DNA of 64,000 bases from Myxococcales bacterium (GTDB taxonomy: Bacteria; Myxococcota_A; Polyangia; Palsa-1104). The DNA lies in the NCBI GenBank assembly GCA_028287105.1, contig JAQBQH010000344.1, positions 26-64,025 on the forward strand, written 5' to 3'. The notes beneath the pieces are model-generated. The model did not search any database. It had not been told where the DNA came from and saw only the letters and a program-made list of their open reading frames with translations. This document shows positions 16,363 through 26,384 of this stretch, in pieces. A program made the translations under genes and the position numbers. Position 1 is the stretch's first letter; every line of letters begins with the position of its first letter.

Positions 16363-18071
16363 TTGCCACCGCCGGGGCTGAGCAGCAGGCGCACGGTCTG
16401 GCCCTGCACGACGTGCACCTTGGAGCTCGCCTTGTGGCCGCCGCCGTCGCGCACCTCGATCATGTGGTCGCCGAGCGCCACGTGGATGCCGAGCGTCGGG
16501 GTCGTGTAGCCGGTGTCGACGCCGTCGAGCCAGACTTCGGCCGCGGTGTTGGCGTCGACGAGGAGGGTGCCGCGCGGCTGCTTCTCGGGCGTCAGCGCCA
16601 TCGTGAACATGGGGTCGTGGTCGTCGGGCGTCAGCGCCCGCGTGGCGGTCTCGTAGCCCGACTTTTCGACGCGCAGCTCGTGGAATTCGTCGTCGGTGAC
16701 CTCGATCGTCGTCGGGGTCTCGCCGACGGCGACGCGGCCGTCGAGATAGACGGTGGCGCCCTCGGGAACCGAGCGCACCTCGACCTTGTGGCTCGCCGGC
16801 GGCAGCACGACGTTGACCACCGCGTGCTCGGCGTTCTGCAGGGTCACCTGGCGCTCGACGGCCCCGAGCTTGCCCTTCTTGAGCTTGACGGTGTGGGCGC
16901 CGGGACCGAGGTACGGAATCATCGTCGGCGTCGGCTCGGGGAACAATTTGCCGTCGATCTCGACGGCCGCGCCCGAGGGTCGCGTGACGACGAGGATGGC
17001 GCCGCCTTCGATCTTCGCGATCGGGCGGTTCATGCGGGAGAACGCGTAGCCGGCGAGGCCGCCGACGACGGCGACGAGGACGGCGACCGCCGGCCAGCTG
17101 ATGCGCGTCGACCAGCCGGTCGCCCTGACGGCCCGCTGCGTCCCCGAGTGGCGCGGCACGTCGACCGACGCCTCGCCGGTGATGCTGCGATAGACGCGCC
17201 GGCGCGCGCGCGAGATCGCTTCCGCCATTTCGCGCATCGACTGGAAGCGAGCGCCCGGCTCCTTTGCGAGCGCCTTGCCGAGCAGCTTGTCGATCTCGGG
17301 CGGCGCGTCGGGGACGTGATCCTCGACGCGGTCGGGCTTGACCTGGAGCTGCTGATAGAGGACCTGCACGTCGTCACCGCCGGTGAAGGGCGGCCGTCCG
17401 ACGCACAGCTCGAAGATGAGACAGCCGAGAGAATAGACGTCGGAGCGCGCGTCGACTTCCTTGTTGGCGATCTGCTCGGGCGACATGTAGTCGGGCGTGC
17501 CGACGATCTGGCCCGTGCGGGTCAGCCCCTTTTCGGCCGACGCGGCGGCGACCTTGGCCAGACCGAAGTCGATGAGCTTGGGCTCGATCTCGTTCTCGGT
17601 GTCGGGCGAGAGGATGACGTTCGACGGCTTGATGTCGCGATGGACGACGCCGCGCTGGTGCGCCGCTTCGAGCGCCCAGCAGAGTCGCTCGGCGATGTAC
17701 ATCGCGTCGAGCGGCGGCAGTCGCTTCTTGTCGCGGATGACCTGCGCCAGCGTCGGCCCGCGGACGTACTCCATGACGATGAACGTCGGATCGCCGACGA
17801 CGAGGTCGAGGAAGCGGGCGACGTTGCGATGCTCGACGGCGGCGATCGCCTCGGCCTCCTGCTGAAAGCGCATGCGGAACGTCGCGTCGGCCAGCAGCTC
17901 CTGCTTGAGCACCTTGAGCGCGACCTTCTGGCCGATGGCCAGGTTCTCCGCGACGAACACCTGCCCCATCGCGCCGTCGCCGAGCGTCTGCAGGAGCTTG
18001 TATCGCCCCGCGATGACGTCGCCGACGAACAGCGGCCGCGACTGCAGCAGCTTGACCAGTGCTTCGGGCAA
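16359..18071 (-). CDS. Membrane Ser/Thr protein kinase with C-terminal periplasmic PEGA repeats, 570 aa
   Basis: Hanks kinase motifs are present: AMGQVFVA...VALKVL, HRDIKPSNVIL, DFGLAK, GTPDYMSPE. A single TM segment (WPAVAVLVAVVGGLAGYAF) is followed by about three PEGA-like beta modules (VTRPSGAAVEIDGK..., RSVPEGATVYLDGR..., ANTAAEVWLDGVDTGYTTP). Confidence 0.85.
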   Translation of the reverse strand: MPEALVKLLQSRPLFVGDVIAGRYKLLQTLGDGAMGQVFVAENLAIGQKVALKVLKQELLADATFRMRFQQEAEAIAAVEHRNVARFLDLVVGDPTFIVMEYVRGPTLAQVIRDKKRLPPLDAMYIAERLCWALEAAHQRGVVHRDIKPSNVILSPDTENEIEPKLIDFGLAKVAAASAEKGLTRTGQIVGTPDYMSPEQIANKEVDARSDVYSLGCLIFELCVGRPPFTGGDDVQVLYQQLQVKPDRVEDHVPDAPPEIDKLLGKALAKEPGARFQSMREMAEAISRARRRVYRSITGEASVDVPRHSGTQRAVRATGWSTRISWPAVAVLVAVVGGLAGYAFSRMNRPIAKIEGGAILVVTRPSGAAVEIDGKLFPEPTPTMIPYLGPGAHTVKLKKGKLGAVERQVTLQNAEHAVVNVVLPPASHKVEVRSVPEGATVYLDGRVAVGETPTTIEVTDDEFHELRVEKSGYETATRALTPDDHDPMFTMALTPEKQPRGTLLVDANTAAEVWLDGVDTGYTTPTLGIHVALGDHMIEVRDGGGHKASSKVHVVQGQTVRLLLSPGGGK

Positions 18072-18326
18072 CGTATCGACGCGCGAGACTGCTCCCCGCG
18101 CGGATTCCGGCAGCGGCGCTCCCCCCCTGGGCTGCGCTACCTCCTCCGTGGTGCGGGAGAGTTCCTGCTTGTCACTGTCTGATCGCTTTGGCAGGCGCGA
18201 CCCCTCCGCTCGGAAATGGGGGAGGCCCTACTTTACCAGAACAGTCGGAAAAAGAGGAGCGCCGCGGCGACGATTACCCTCCGCGCGGTGAGGAGCGGTA
18301 GCGCGGAGGAGCGTCGTAGGGAGGAC

Positions 18327-19997
18327 CTAGAACGGCGACTTTTGACTACACGGCTCGTACTTCACCGCCGTCTTGTTCCCCGACTCGTACTCCAGCACCT
18401 CCGGGTTGACCTTGATCCGCCCGTCATCCCGCACTTCGACGCACTTCTGCTTCGACCAATTGTCCACCAGCTCGGCCCACTTGCCGCGCTCGGACTGGCG
18501 CACGATCTCCGCTTTCCGCTTCTCGAAGTCGGCGAGGTCCGGCTCGCGGTGTTCCTTCGCGCGGACCACGACCCAGCCCGAACCGACGTCGAACGGGCCC
18601 GCGACCTCGCCCGTCTTGAGCTCGAACGCGCGCTTGGCCAGCTCCTTGGAGATGCCGATGTCCTGCACCATCTCGCCGCGACGGGAGAACAGCCCCGTCT
18701 CCTGCAGATGCACCGGCTCCGACGGCTTCTTCATGAACGCCTTGATCTGGCGCTCCTCGGGCGTCTCGTTCGGATTGGTCTCTTCCTTCGGCAAGAGCGC
18801 CTCGAGCTTCTCGCCCTTCTTGACGCGATCGATCAGCGCCTGGGCCTCGGCCTTCGCCTTGTCCTTCGCCTTCTGCTTGCGCACTTCCTCGGTCGCCATC
18901 TCGCGCTCGGCCTCGGCGAGCGGAACGTCCCCTTCGCGGAAGCCTTCGACCTCGATGATCTCGAAGCCGCGCTCGGTTCGCTCGGGCCCGATGAGGTCGC
19001 CCTTCTTTGCGCCGAAGACCTTGCCGTCGACCGCGTCGCCGAAGCCGGTGAACCCCTTCTTGCGCCAGCCGAGCTCGCCGCCGCGACCCTTGGTGCGCTC
19101 GTCGGTGCTGACCGTCCTGGCCAGGTCCGCGAACGGCGTGCCGCCCTTGATCTTGGCGAGCGCGTTGGTCGCCTTGGTGCGCGCGGCCTCGGTCTGATCC
19201 TGGGGAATGTCCTTGGCCGCGTCGACGACGATGTGGCGCAGCCGCGCCTGCTTCTCCAGGTTCTTGTAAAGGAAGGAGCGCTCTTCGTATTGCTTCTTCA
19301 GCTCGGCCGCGTGCCCCTTGACGTAGGCATCGATCTCCGCCGGCGTGGCCTCGCCGATCTCTTCCTCGTAGCGACGCTCGGGAAAGCGGCCGTACTCGAG
19401 GTTGACCTGCAGCCCCTTGGACTCGAACTCCTGCTTGACCTCGTCGGGCGACACCTTGGCCGACACGCGCAACGCCTCGCGCACCTTGTCGGCCATGAGC
19501 TCGCGCTGCTCGATCTCGATGAGGTGCTTGACGCTCACGCCGAGCTGGTTCTGCGACACCATCTTGAAGCGGTCGTAGTCGAACTTGCCGTCTTTGTAGA
19601 CGTAGCTGTCGACGCGGCGCGGAACGCCCATCACCATCATGCGCCCATCGGCGATCATGTCCTCGACCTCTTTGGCCGAGACGTTGTAGCCCAGGCGCTC
19701 GGCCTCGGCCGCGAACAGCTCACGCTCGATGAGCTTGTCCATGACGAACTCTTTGAGCCGCCGCTCGCGCGCCACCTGCGGCGGATATTGCGTGCCGCCG
19801 AGCGCAACGTAGGCGAAGTGGAAATCCTGCTCCGATACGCTCGATCCGGCGACCTTCGCGGCGTAGGCCGACGACGGTCCCGAGTAGCCGAAGCCGCGCG
19901 AGCCGGGGCCGAAGCTGATGACGAACGCGGCGATGAGGATGCCGAACAAGACGTAGATGATCGCGTGGCGCGAATTGCGCCGCATGGCTGCCAACAT
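18327..19997 (-). CDS. ppiD: PpiD/SurA-like periplasmic chaperone / parvulin peptidyl-prolyl isomerase, 556 aa
   Basis: N-terminal TM anchor (IIYVLFGILIAAFVISF), a SurA-N-like chaperone region, and a parvulin block (RLRHIVVD...GGELGWRKKGFTGFGDAVDGKVFGAKKGDLIGP). Confidence 0.7.
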   Translation of the reverse strand: MLAAMRRNSRHAIIYVLFGILIAAFVISFGPGSRGFGYSGPSSAYAAKVAGSSVSEQDFHFAYVALGGTQYPPQVARERRLKEFVMDKLIERELFAAEAERLGYNVSAKEVEDMIADGRMMVMGVPRRVDSYVYKDGKFDYDRFKMVSQNQLGVSVKHLIEIEQRELMADKVREALRVSAKVSPDEVKQEFESKGLQVNLEYGRFPERRYEEEIGEATPAEIDAYVKGHAAELKKQYEERSFLYKNLEKQARLRHIVVDAAKDIPQDQTEAARTKATNALAKIKGGTPFADLARTVSTDERTKGRGGELGWRKKGFTGFGDAVDGKVFGAKKGDLIGPERTERGFEIIEVEGFREGDVPLAEAEREMATEEVRKQKAKDKAKAEAQALIDRVKKGEKLEALLPKEETNPNETPEERQIKAFMKKPSEPVHLQETGLFSRRGEMVQDIGISKELAKRAFELKTGEVAGPFDVGSGWVVVRAKEHREPDLADFEKRKAEIVRQSERGKWAELVDNWSKQKCVEVRDDGRIKVNPEVLEYESGNKTAVKYEPCSQKSPF

Positions 19998-20068
19998 GCG
20001 GCGCAGACTAGTACGGCGAGATTACTGGGGCAAGTGAGGAAGCGCGCGAAATCGCGCCATTCGCGCGG

Positions 20069-20590
20069 TTACTCTGGAAGCGCGACCTTGAAGTGGATTC
20101 CGGTGATCTCTTCGGTCGACTCGATCTGGTCGTCGGTGACCTCTTCGTATTCGGCCTCCATCTCGACGACCAGCTCGTCGACGTAGGGGCCGCTTGAGCG
20201 CCGCCGATCGAGCTCCCGACGCTCGAAGGCGGCCTCGCGAACGCTCGGGCGGCCGACCGATTCGGCGCGGCGATCGCCCCAGCGCCGGTCGCGCGCCAGC
20301 CGCATCTTGAGGCCGTCGAGGCTGCGCGGCGCCGGCTGCATGCGCTCCGACGCGGCGACGCAGTTGTGGCACAGGACGATCCAGCGGCCGCCGGGCGCGT
20401 TGGCGCGCACGCCCAGCTCCCAGTAGCGCAGGTGATCGAGCCGGCGGTCGTCGCAGCCGGCGCAGGCGCCGCCGACGCCGACGGTGCGCGCCTTGACCCA
20501 AGCGTCGTAGCAGCGGGTGCAGCGTCCGCGTCGCAACACTCCGTCGACGGGAGGTGTTCCACAGCCGCCGCAGCGGACAAGCGTTTCCAT
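20069..20590 (-). CDS. Double zinc-ribbon protein with acidic C-terminal tail, 173 aa
   Basis: Four CxxC pairs (CGGC, CTRC, CAGC, CHNC) and a C-terminal Asp/Glu-rich segment (EMEAEYEEVTDDQIESTEE). No family is recognised. Confidence 0.5.
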   Translation of the reverse strand: METLVRCGGCGTPPVDGVLRRGRCTRCYDAWVKARTVGVGGACAGCDDRRLDHLRYWELGVRANAPGGRWIVLCHNCVAASERMQPAPRSLDGLKMRLARDRRWGDRRAESVGRPSVREAAFERRELDRRRSSGPYVDELVVEMEAEYEEVTDDQIESTEEITGIHFKVALPE

Positions 20591-20692
20591 TCTTCAGCGG
20601 TAAACCCGTTCCACGAAGCGAGCAAATTTTCTGAAGCAGCTGTCAGCCATTGGCCGTTCGCCGTTGGCTACGGAATTGCTCCCTTGACGCGT

Positions 20693-21820
20693 GTGCGGTG
20701 GATCGCGAGCGTGGTGGTGGCGATTGTCGCGGGCTGCAATGGTGGCAGCCCAACAACAGCGACGTCGTCGACGAGCGTCGATCCGCTCGCGCAAAAAGAG
20801 GCAACGCTGAACGTCGAGAGCGTCGGAGACGCGGCAGGGCCGTGGCCGACGCCCGTCGTGCGCATCGCGAACGGCTGGGTGATCCCCTGGAGCGACGGTG
20901 GTGCCATCCACGCCCGCTTCGTCGGTGACGACGGCGCGCGCACCGATCGCGTCGTCGATCGCGGCACCTTCGTCGGCGCCACCGCCACCGCCGACGGCTA
21001 CGCGCTGGTCGTCGCCGCCGACGGCAACGCCCGCGTGCACTTCGTCGCCGGCGACAGCGACGACCTCGTGACCGCGCCGCTCGACGGCAAACCGGTCCTC
21101 GCCGCCGCCAGCGACGGCGCGCGCATCCTCGTCGCCTCCACGCGGGGCGGCGACATCGCCATCGAGGATCCGCGCCCCCTCGACGCGACCTTGCTGCTCG
21201 TCGGCCGCGAGGGCGCGCGCGCCATCGACCTCGGCCGCGTCGCCGCCGCCCCGTCGCTGTGGGGCGACGCCGATGGCTTCATCGTCGCCGGCACGCTGAC
21301 CCTCGACGCCGGCGGCCGCATCGCGCCCGCGCCCGGCCGCCAGATCCGCGACGCCCGCCTCTTCCGCGCTCCGGTCCCCGCCGGCACGCAGCCGACGAGC
21401 GATCGCATCACCATCGACGGCAGCCGCTGGCTCGAAGTCGACGGTCTGGTCGGCTGGGCCGCGCGCGACGGCAGCGGCGCGCGGCTCGAGGTCGTCCGTC
21501 CCGAAGGGCGCGACCTGGTCGAGGTGGGTGAAGAGCTCACACCTCGTCTCACCCGCACGCTCCCCGCGACGACGCGCGGCGACGCCGGTCAGTCGTGGGT
21601 CGCCGCCGCCGACGCTGGCCGCGTCGTCTGGGCGGCGACGCGGGAGAATGATCCTGTGTTCGCCATCTTGGACGCGCTCGACATGCATACTGACTCCCCG
21701 GTCATTCGAATTTCCCAGCCCTCCAGTCGCACGATCGTGGTGAGCCCGGGCGCTTCGAGCGTGCTGTTCGCTTGGACGGAAGGCGGGCAGAACGTTCACT
21801 TCTTTGTGCTGCCTTGGTGA
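20693..21820 (+). CDS. Hypothetical lipoprotein, ~375 aa
   Basis: The GTG at 20693 gives (M)RWIASVVVAIVAGC, a lipobox, and the frame has high GC3. The overlapping 409-aa minus-strand ORF is Gly/Asp/Arg-rich junk. The body is beta-rich (ADGYALVVAADGNARVHFVAG...). Confidence 0.5.
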   Translation: MRWIASVVVAIVAGCNGGSPTTATSSTSVDPLAQKEATLNVESVGDAAGPWPTPVVRIANGWVIPWSDGGAIHARFVGDDGARTDRVVDRGTFVGATATADGYALVVAADGNARVHFVAGDSDDLVTAPLDGKPVLAAASDGARILVASTRGGDIAIEDPRPLDATLLLVGREGARAIDLGRVAAAPSLWGDADGFIVAGTLTLDAGGRIAPAPGRQIRDARLFRAPVPAGTQPTSDRITIDGSRWLEVDGLVGWAARDGSGARLEVVRPEGRDLVEVGEELTPRLTRTLPATTRGDAGQSWVAAADAGRVVWAATRENDPVFAILDALDMHTDSPVIRISQPSSRTIVVSPGASSVLFAWTEGGQNVHFFVLPW

Positions 21821-21949
21821 CAATGGCAGCGTAAGCTAGCTTGCGAGCAACGAAATTCTTGAACCTCCCCATGGAGCGTGGTAACTCACAATGCAAAGAC
21901 AATAGCGTTCGATCACATAGCCAGGGTGGCTCGAACGCGAACCACATAG

Positions 21950-22996
<1,047 letters not shown>

Positions 22997-23028
22997 TGGG
23001 TGGATGAGAAGCTGAACCAAGGTGGTGA

Positions 23029-23919
23029 ATGACGCTGACGCGCAGAGCACGAGAGCTCGTCATCGTTGCGACGCTGCTGGCGGTCCCCGTCTTGTTCCTG
23101 CGCGCGAACCTCGCCGCCACCGAGCACCTCAACGTCGTCGACCGCGCCATCTTGCGCGTCTCGGCGCCGCTGCAGTCGGGGCTGACCGGATTGGCGCGCG
23201 GCGTGGGCAATGTCTGGACGCGCTACATCGCGCTGGTCCACTTGCGCGAGGACAACGCGCGGCTGGTCGACGAGAACGCGCGGCTTCGTGCGGAGCTGGT
23301 GACGGCGCAGAACGGCGCCGTGCGGACGGCCGACCTCGAGAAGCTGCTCGGCCTGCGCGGTTCGTTGCAGTTCGACACGCTCTCGGCGCGCGTCATCGCC
23401 GTCGAGACCTCGGCCTTTTTCCGCGTCGTGCGCGTGCGGCTCGACCGCGGCGAGGCGGACGTCAAGCCGGGCATGGCGGTGCTCGCGTCGGCGGGCGTCG
23501 TCGGCCGCGTGCAGCGCGTCTTCGGCCCCTACTGCGACGTGCTCCTGGCGGCCGATCCGAAGTCGTCGATCGACGTCGTCGTCGGGCGCACCGGCGGACG
23601 CGGCGTGCTCAAGGGCATCGCCGGATCGGATCGCTATCGCACCCGCATCGAATATCTCGAGCGCAAGGATGAGGCGGCGGAAGGCGATCTGGTCGTCACC
23701 AGCGGCCTCGGCGGCAACTTTCCGCGCGACCTGCCCGTCGGCAAGATCATCAAGGTCGACAAGCGCGGCTTCGGTCTCTATCAGAACGCCGAGGTGCAGC
23801 CGGTCGTCGACTTCGGCAAGGTGCGCGACGTCCTCGTCGTGGTGCCGCGCGAGTCGCAGCCCATCGGACCGCTGCCGGAGCCGCCGGCGGGCCAGGGGGC
23901 GGGCGGTGACCGGCGATGA
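23029..23919 (+). CDS. mreC: Rod-shape-determining protein MreC
   Basis: N-terminal TM segment, a coiled coil (REDNARLVDENARLRAELV) and a C-terminal beta domain (VVTSGLGGNFPRDLPVGKI). Position immediately after mreB. Confidence 0.9.
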   Translation: MTLTRRARELVIVATLLAVPVLFLRANLAATEHLNVVDRAILRVSAPLQSGLTGLARGVGNVWTRYIALVHLREDNARLVDENARLRAELVTAQNGAVRTADLEKLLGLRGSLQFDTLSARVIAVETSAFFRVVRVRLDRGEADVKPGMAVLASAGVVGRVQRVFGPYCDVLLAADPKSSIDVVVGRTGGRGVLKGIAGSDRYRTRIEYLERKDEAAEGDLVVTSGLGGNFPRDLPVGKIIKVDKRGFGLYQNAEVQPVVDFGKVRDVLVVVPRESQPIGPLPEPPAGQGAGGDRR

Positions 23920-24434
23920 GCGCGCAGCGCGCCACCGTGATGATCCTGGCCGTCTACGTCGGGCTCATCGTCACCTCGTCGCTGCAGGCGCTGTTGCCGT
24001 GGCGCATGTCGACGCCGGAAGTGGCGCTGCTGGTGGTCCTGTACCTCGGGCTCGGCGGTCGCGGCACCGCGCCGACGCACATCGCGGTGGCGCTCGTCCT
24101 CGGCTACCTGGCCGATCTGTTCGCCGGGTCGCCCAAGGGGCTGCAGGCGCTCACGCTCGGCGTCGGCATGGTGCTGGCGCGCGCGGCGTCGTCGCGCCTC
24201 GACGTGGCTACGCCCTGGCACACGATGGTCATCGCGCTCGTCGCCACGGCGGCGCACGGCCTTCTGCTCGTCGCCATCTCGTCCTCGCTGTATCAGGGCG
24301 ACGCGACCTCGGCGCTCGGCCTGGTGCCGACGACGGCGGTGGCGACGGCGCTGGTGGCGCCATTCGCATTTGCGCTGCTCCGTCGGCTCGATCGGCGGCT
24401 GCAGCCCGATCCGCGCGCGCTGAGGATGTCGTGA
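23916..24434 (+). CDS. mreD: Rod-shape-determining protein MreD
   Basis: A 172-aa polytopic membrane protein. It overlaps the mreC stop as ATGA and sits in the canonical mreBCD position. Confidence 0.8.
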   Translation: MSAQRATVMILAVYVGLIVTSSLQALLPWRMSTPEVALLVVLYLGLGGRGTAPTHIAVALVLGYLADLFAGSPKGLQALTLGVGMVLARAASSRLDVATPWHTMVIALVATAAHGLLLVAISSSLYQGDATSALGLVPTTAVATALVAPFAFALLRRLDRRLQPDPRALRMS

Positions 24435-24444
24435 AGGTGCTGCC

Positions 24445-26382
24445 GTGACCTCGCGCTCGCGCCTCACGCCGCGCGCCAAGGGCACGCATGCGCCGCCGCG
24501 CCGCTTCGCGTGGGCGCAGGTGGCGGTGGGCTGCGCCTTTTTCCTGCTCATCGGTCGCCTCTATCAGCTGCAGGTCATGTCGGGCGACTATTACCTGCGC
24601 AAGAGCGCCGACAACTTCGTCAAGGAGCTGGAGCTGCCGGCGACGCGCGGCCAGATCCGCGACGCCAAGGGGCGCGTCCTCGTCGACAATCGCCCCGCCT
24701 ACAACGTCTACATCACGCCGCGCTTCTTCAACACCGACTCGTTCACCAAGCTGAAGAAGTATCTCGCGCTCACCGACGAGCAGGCGACGGCGCTCGAGGT
24801 GCGCATCGCGTCGAAGCGCGGGCTCGATCGCTTTCGCCAGTTCCTGGCGTTCGAGGACATCACGCGCGATCAGCTCGCCGTCCTCGAGTCGGAGAAGAAC
24901 GACGTGCCGGGCGTGGCGGTGCAGGCGGTGGCGCACCGCAACTATCCGCACGGTGCCTTGGCCGCGCACATGCTCGGCTACATGAATCAGATCACGCCCG
25001 AGGAGCTGTCCGACAAGCGGCAGAAGGCGGACGCGCTCAACTACCACCTCGGCGACTACGTCGGGCGCGCGGGGCTCGAGCGGCAGTGGGAGTCGTTCCT
25101 GCGCGGCAAGGACGGGGTCGAGCGCATCGTCGTCGACGCCAAGGGGCAGCGCAAGGACGGGGCCGAGCGGGAGGCGCTCGACACTTTTTATCTCGGGGGT
25201 CCGCAGCGCTCGGAGGCGGAGCCGGGCAACGATCTCGTCACGTCGATCGATCTCGAGCTGCAGAAAAAGGTCGAGACGGCGCTCTCCAAGCACAAGTCGG
25301 GCGCCGCCGCGGTCATCGACGTCGAGACCGGCCGCGTCTTGGCGCTCGCGTCGTGGCCGGAGCCCGATCCCAACATCTTGACCGGGCGGCTCTCGCACGC
25401 GCAGGCCGAGCAGCTCAACACCGATCCGCTGCGTCCGATGATGGACAAGACGCTGCGCGAAAACTACTTCCCCGGATCGACGTTCAAGGTGGTGCCGACC
25501 ATCGCGGCGCTCGAGGACCACCTGATCGATCCCGACGCGATCGTGCGCTGCAGCGGCGGGCTGCGCTTCGGCAAGCGCTACTTCCGCTGCGACAAGGCGC
25601 ACCTTTCGGTCAACCTGAACTTCGCCCTCGCCGAGTCGTGCAACGTCTACTACTTCGAGCTGGGGCAGACGCTGGGGCTCGATCGCATGGCGCGGGTGGC
25701 CAACGACCTCGGCCTCGGCGCGCCGACGGGCGTTGGGCTCAACAGCGAAGTTCCCGGCCTGGTGCCGACGAGCGACTACTATAAGCGCATCGCCGGCGGC
25801 TTTCAGAAGGGCGTGGTGCTCAACACGGCCATTGGGCAAGGCGACACCAAGGTGACCGTGCTGCAGCTGGCGATGGCCTACGCCGCCATCGCCAACGGCG
25901 GCAAGCTATGGGTGCCGCAGATCGTCGAGCGCGTGCAGACCGCCGACGGACAGGTGATCCAGGAGTTCCCGCCGCGGCTGCGACGGCAGCTCGCCGCCTC
26001 GGCCGATATGCTGCAGAAGGTGCGCGCGGCGCTGTATGACGCGGTCAATCATCCGCCGCCGCACGAGGGGACGAGCTTTCGCGCGCGCGTGCCGGGCCTC
26101 GACGTCGCCGGCAAAACCGGGACAGCGCAGACCGGTAAGTTTCACAAGGAAGGCGAGGAGGGCGACGAGAACAACAGCCACTCGTGGTTCGCCTCGTTCG
26201 CGCCGTCCAAGGATCCGAAGATCGCGGTGGTGGTGCTGATCGAGCATGGCGGCTTCGGCGCCAAGGCCTCGACGCCGACGGCGATGGAGATCTATCAGGG
26301 CTACTTCGATCTGCAGAAGGGGCTCTCGGCGGGTCCGGCAGCGGCGCCGGAAGCGCGTCGTGCCGCGCGCCGGGCGCAGTAG
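24445..26382 (+). CDS. mrdA: Penicillin-binding protein 2 (elongasome transpeptidase)
   Basis: GTG start and an N-terminal TM segment. Transpeptidase motifs STFK (GSTFKVV) and KTGTAQ are present, and the gene occupies the canonical mrdA position. Confidence 0.9.
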   Translation: MTSRSRLTPRAKGTHAPPRRFAWAQVAVGCAFFLLIGRLYQLQVMSGDYYLRKSADNFVKELELPATRGQIRDAKGRVLVDNRPAYNVYITPRFFNTDSFTKLKKYLALTDEQATALEVRIASKRGLDRFRQFLAFEDITRDQLAVLESEKNDVPGVAVQAVAHRNYPHGALAAHMLGYMNQITPEELSDKRQKADALNYHLGDYVGRAGLERQWESFLRGKDGVERIVVDAKGQRKDGAEREALDTFYLGGPQRSEAEPGNDLVTSIDLELQKKVETALSKHKSGAAAVIDVETGRVLALASWPEPDPNILTGRLSHAQAEQLNTDPLRPMMDKTLRENYFPGSTFKVVPTIAALEDHLIDPDAIVRCSGGLRFGKRYFRCDKAHLSVNLNFALAESCNVYYFELGQTLGLDRMARVANDLGLGAPTGVGLNSEVPGLVPTSDYYKRIAGGFQKGVVLNTAIGQGDTKVTVLQLAMAYAAIANGGKLWVPQIVERVQTADGQVIQEFPPRLRRQLAASADMLQKVRAALYDAVNHPPPHEGTSFRARVPGLDVAGKTGTAQTGKFHKEGEEGDENNSHSWFASFAPSKDPKIAVVVLIEHGGFGAKASTPTAMEIYQGYFDLQKGLSAGPAAAPEARRAARRAQ

Positions 26383-26384
26383 CC

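Noticed and set aside
12248-16369. 645-aa and 687-aa ORFs presented as single proteins
   Set aside because: Each is a real ~340-aa SBP gene plus an out-of-frame N-terminal read-through across the next paralog. I trimmed them to internal starts that carry signal peptides and stop-start overlaps.
16413-20186. Large plus-strand ORFs antisense to the kinase and ppiD genes (16413-18182, 18216-20186)
   Set aside because: Low-complexity Arg/Leu/Asp-rich translations antisense to well-supported kinase and PPIase genes.
20594-21823. 409-aa minus-strand ORF
   Set aside because: It is Gly/Asp/Ala/Arg-rich with no hydrophobic core. The plus-strand frame encodes a lipoprotein with a lipobox and high GC3.
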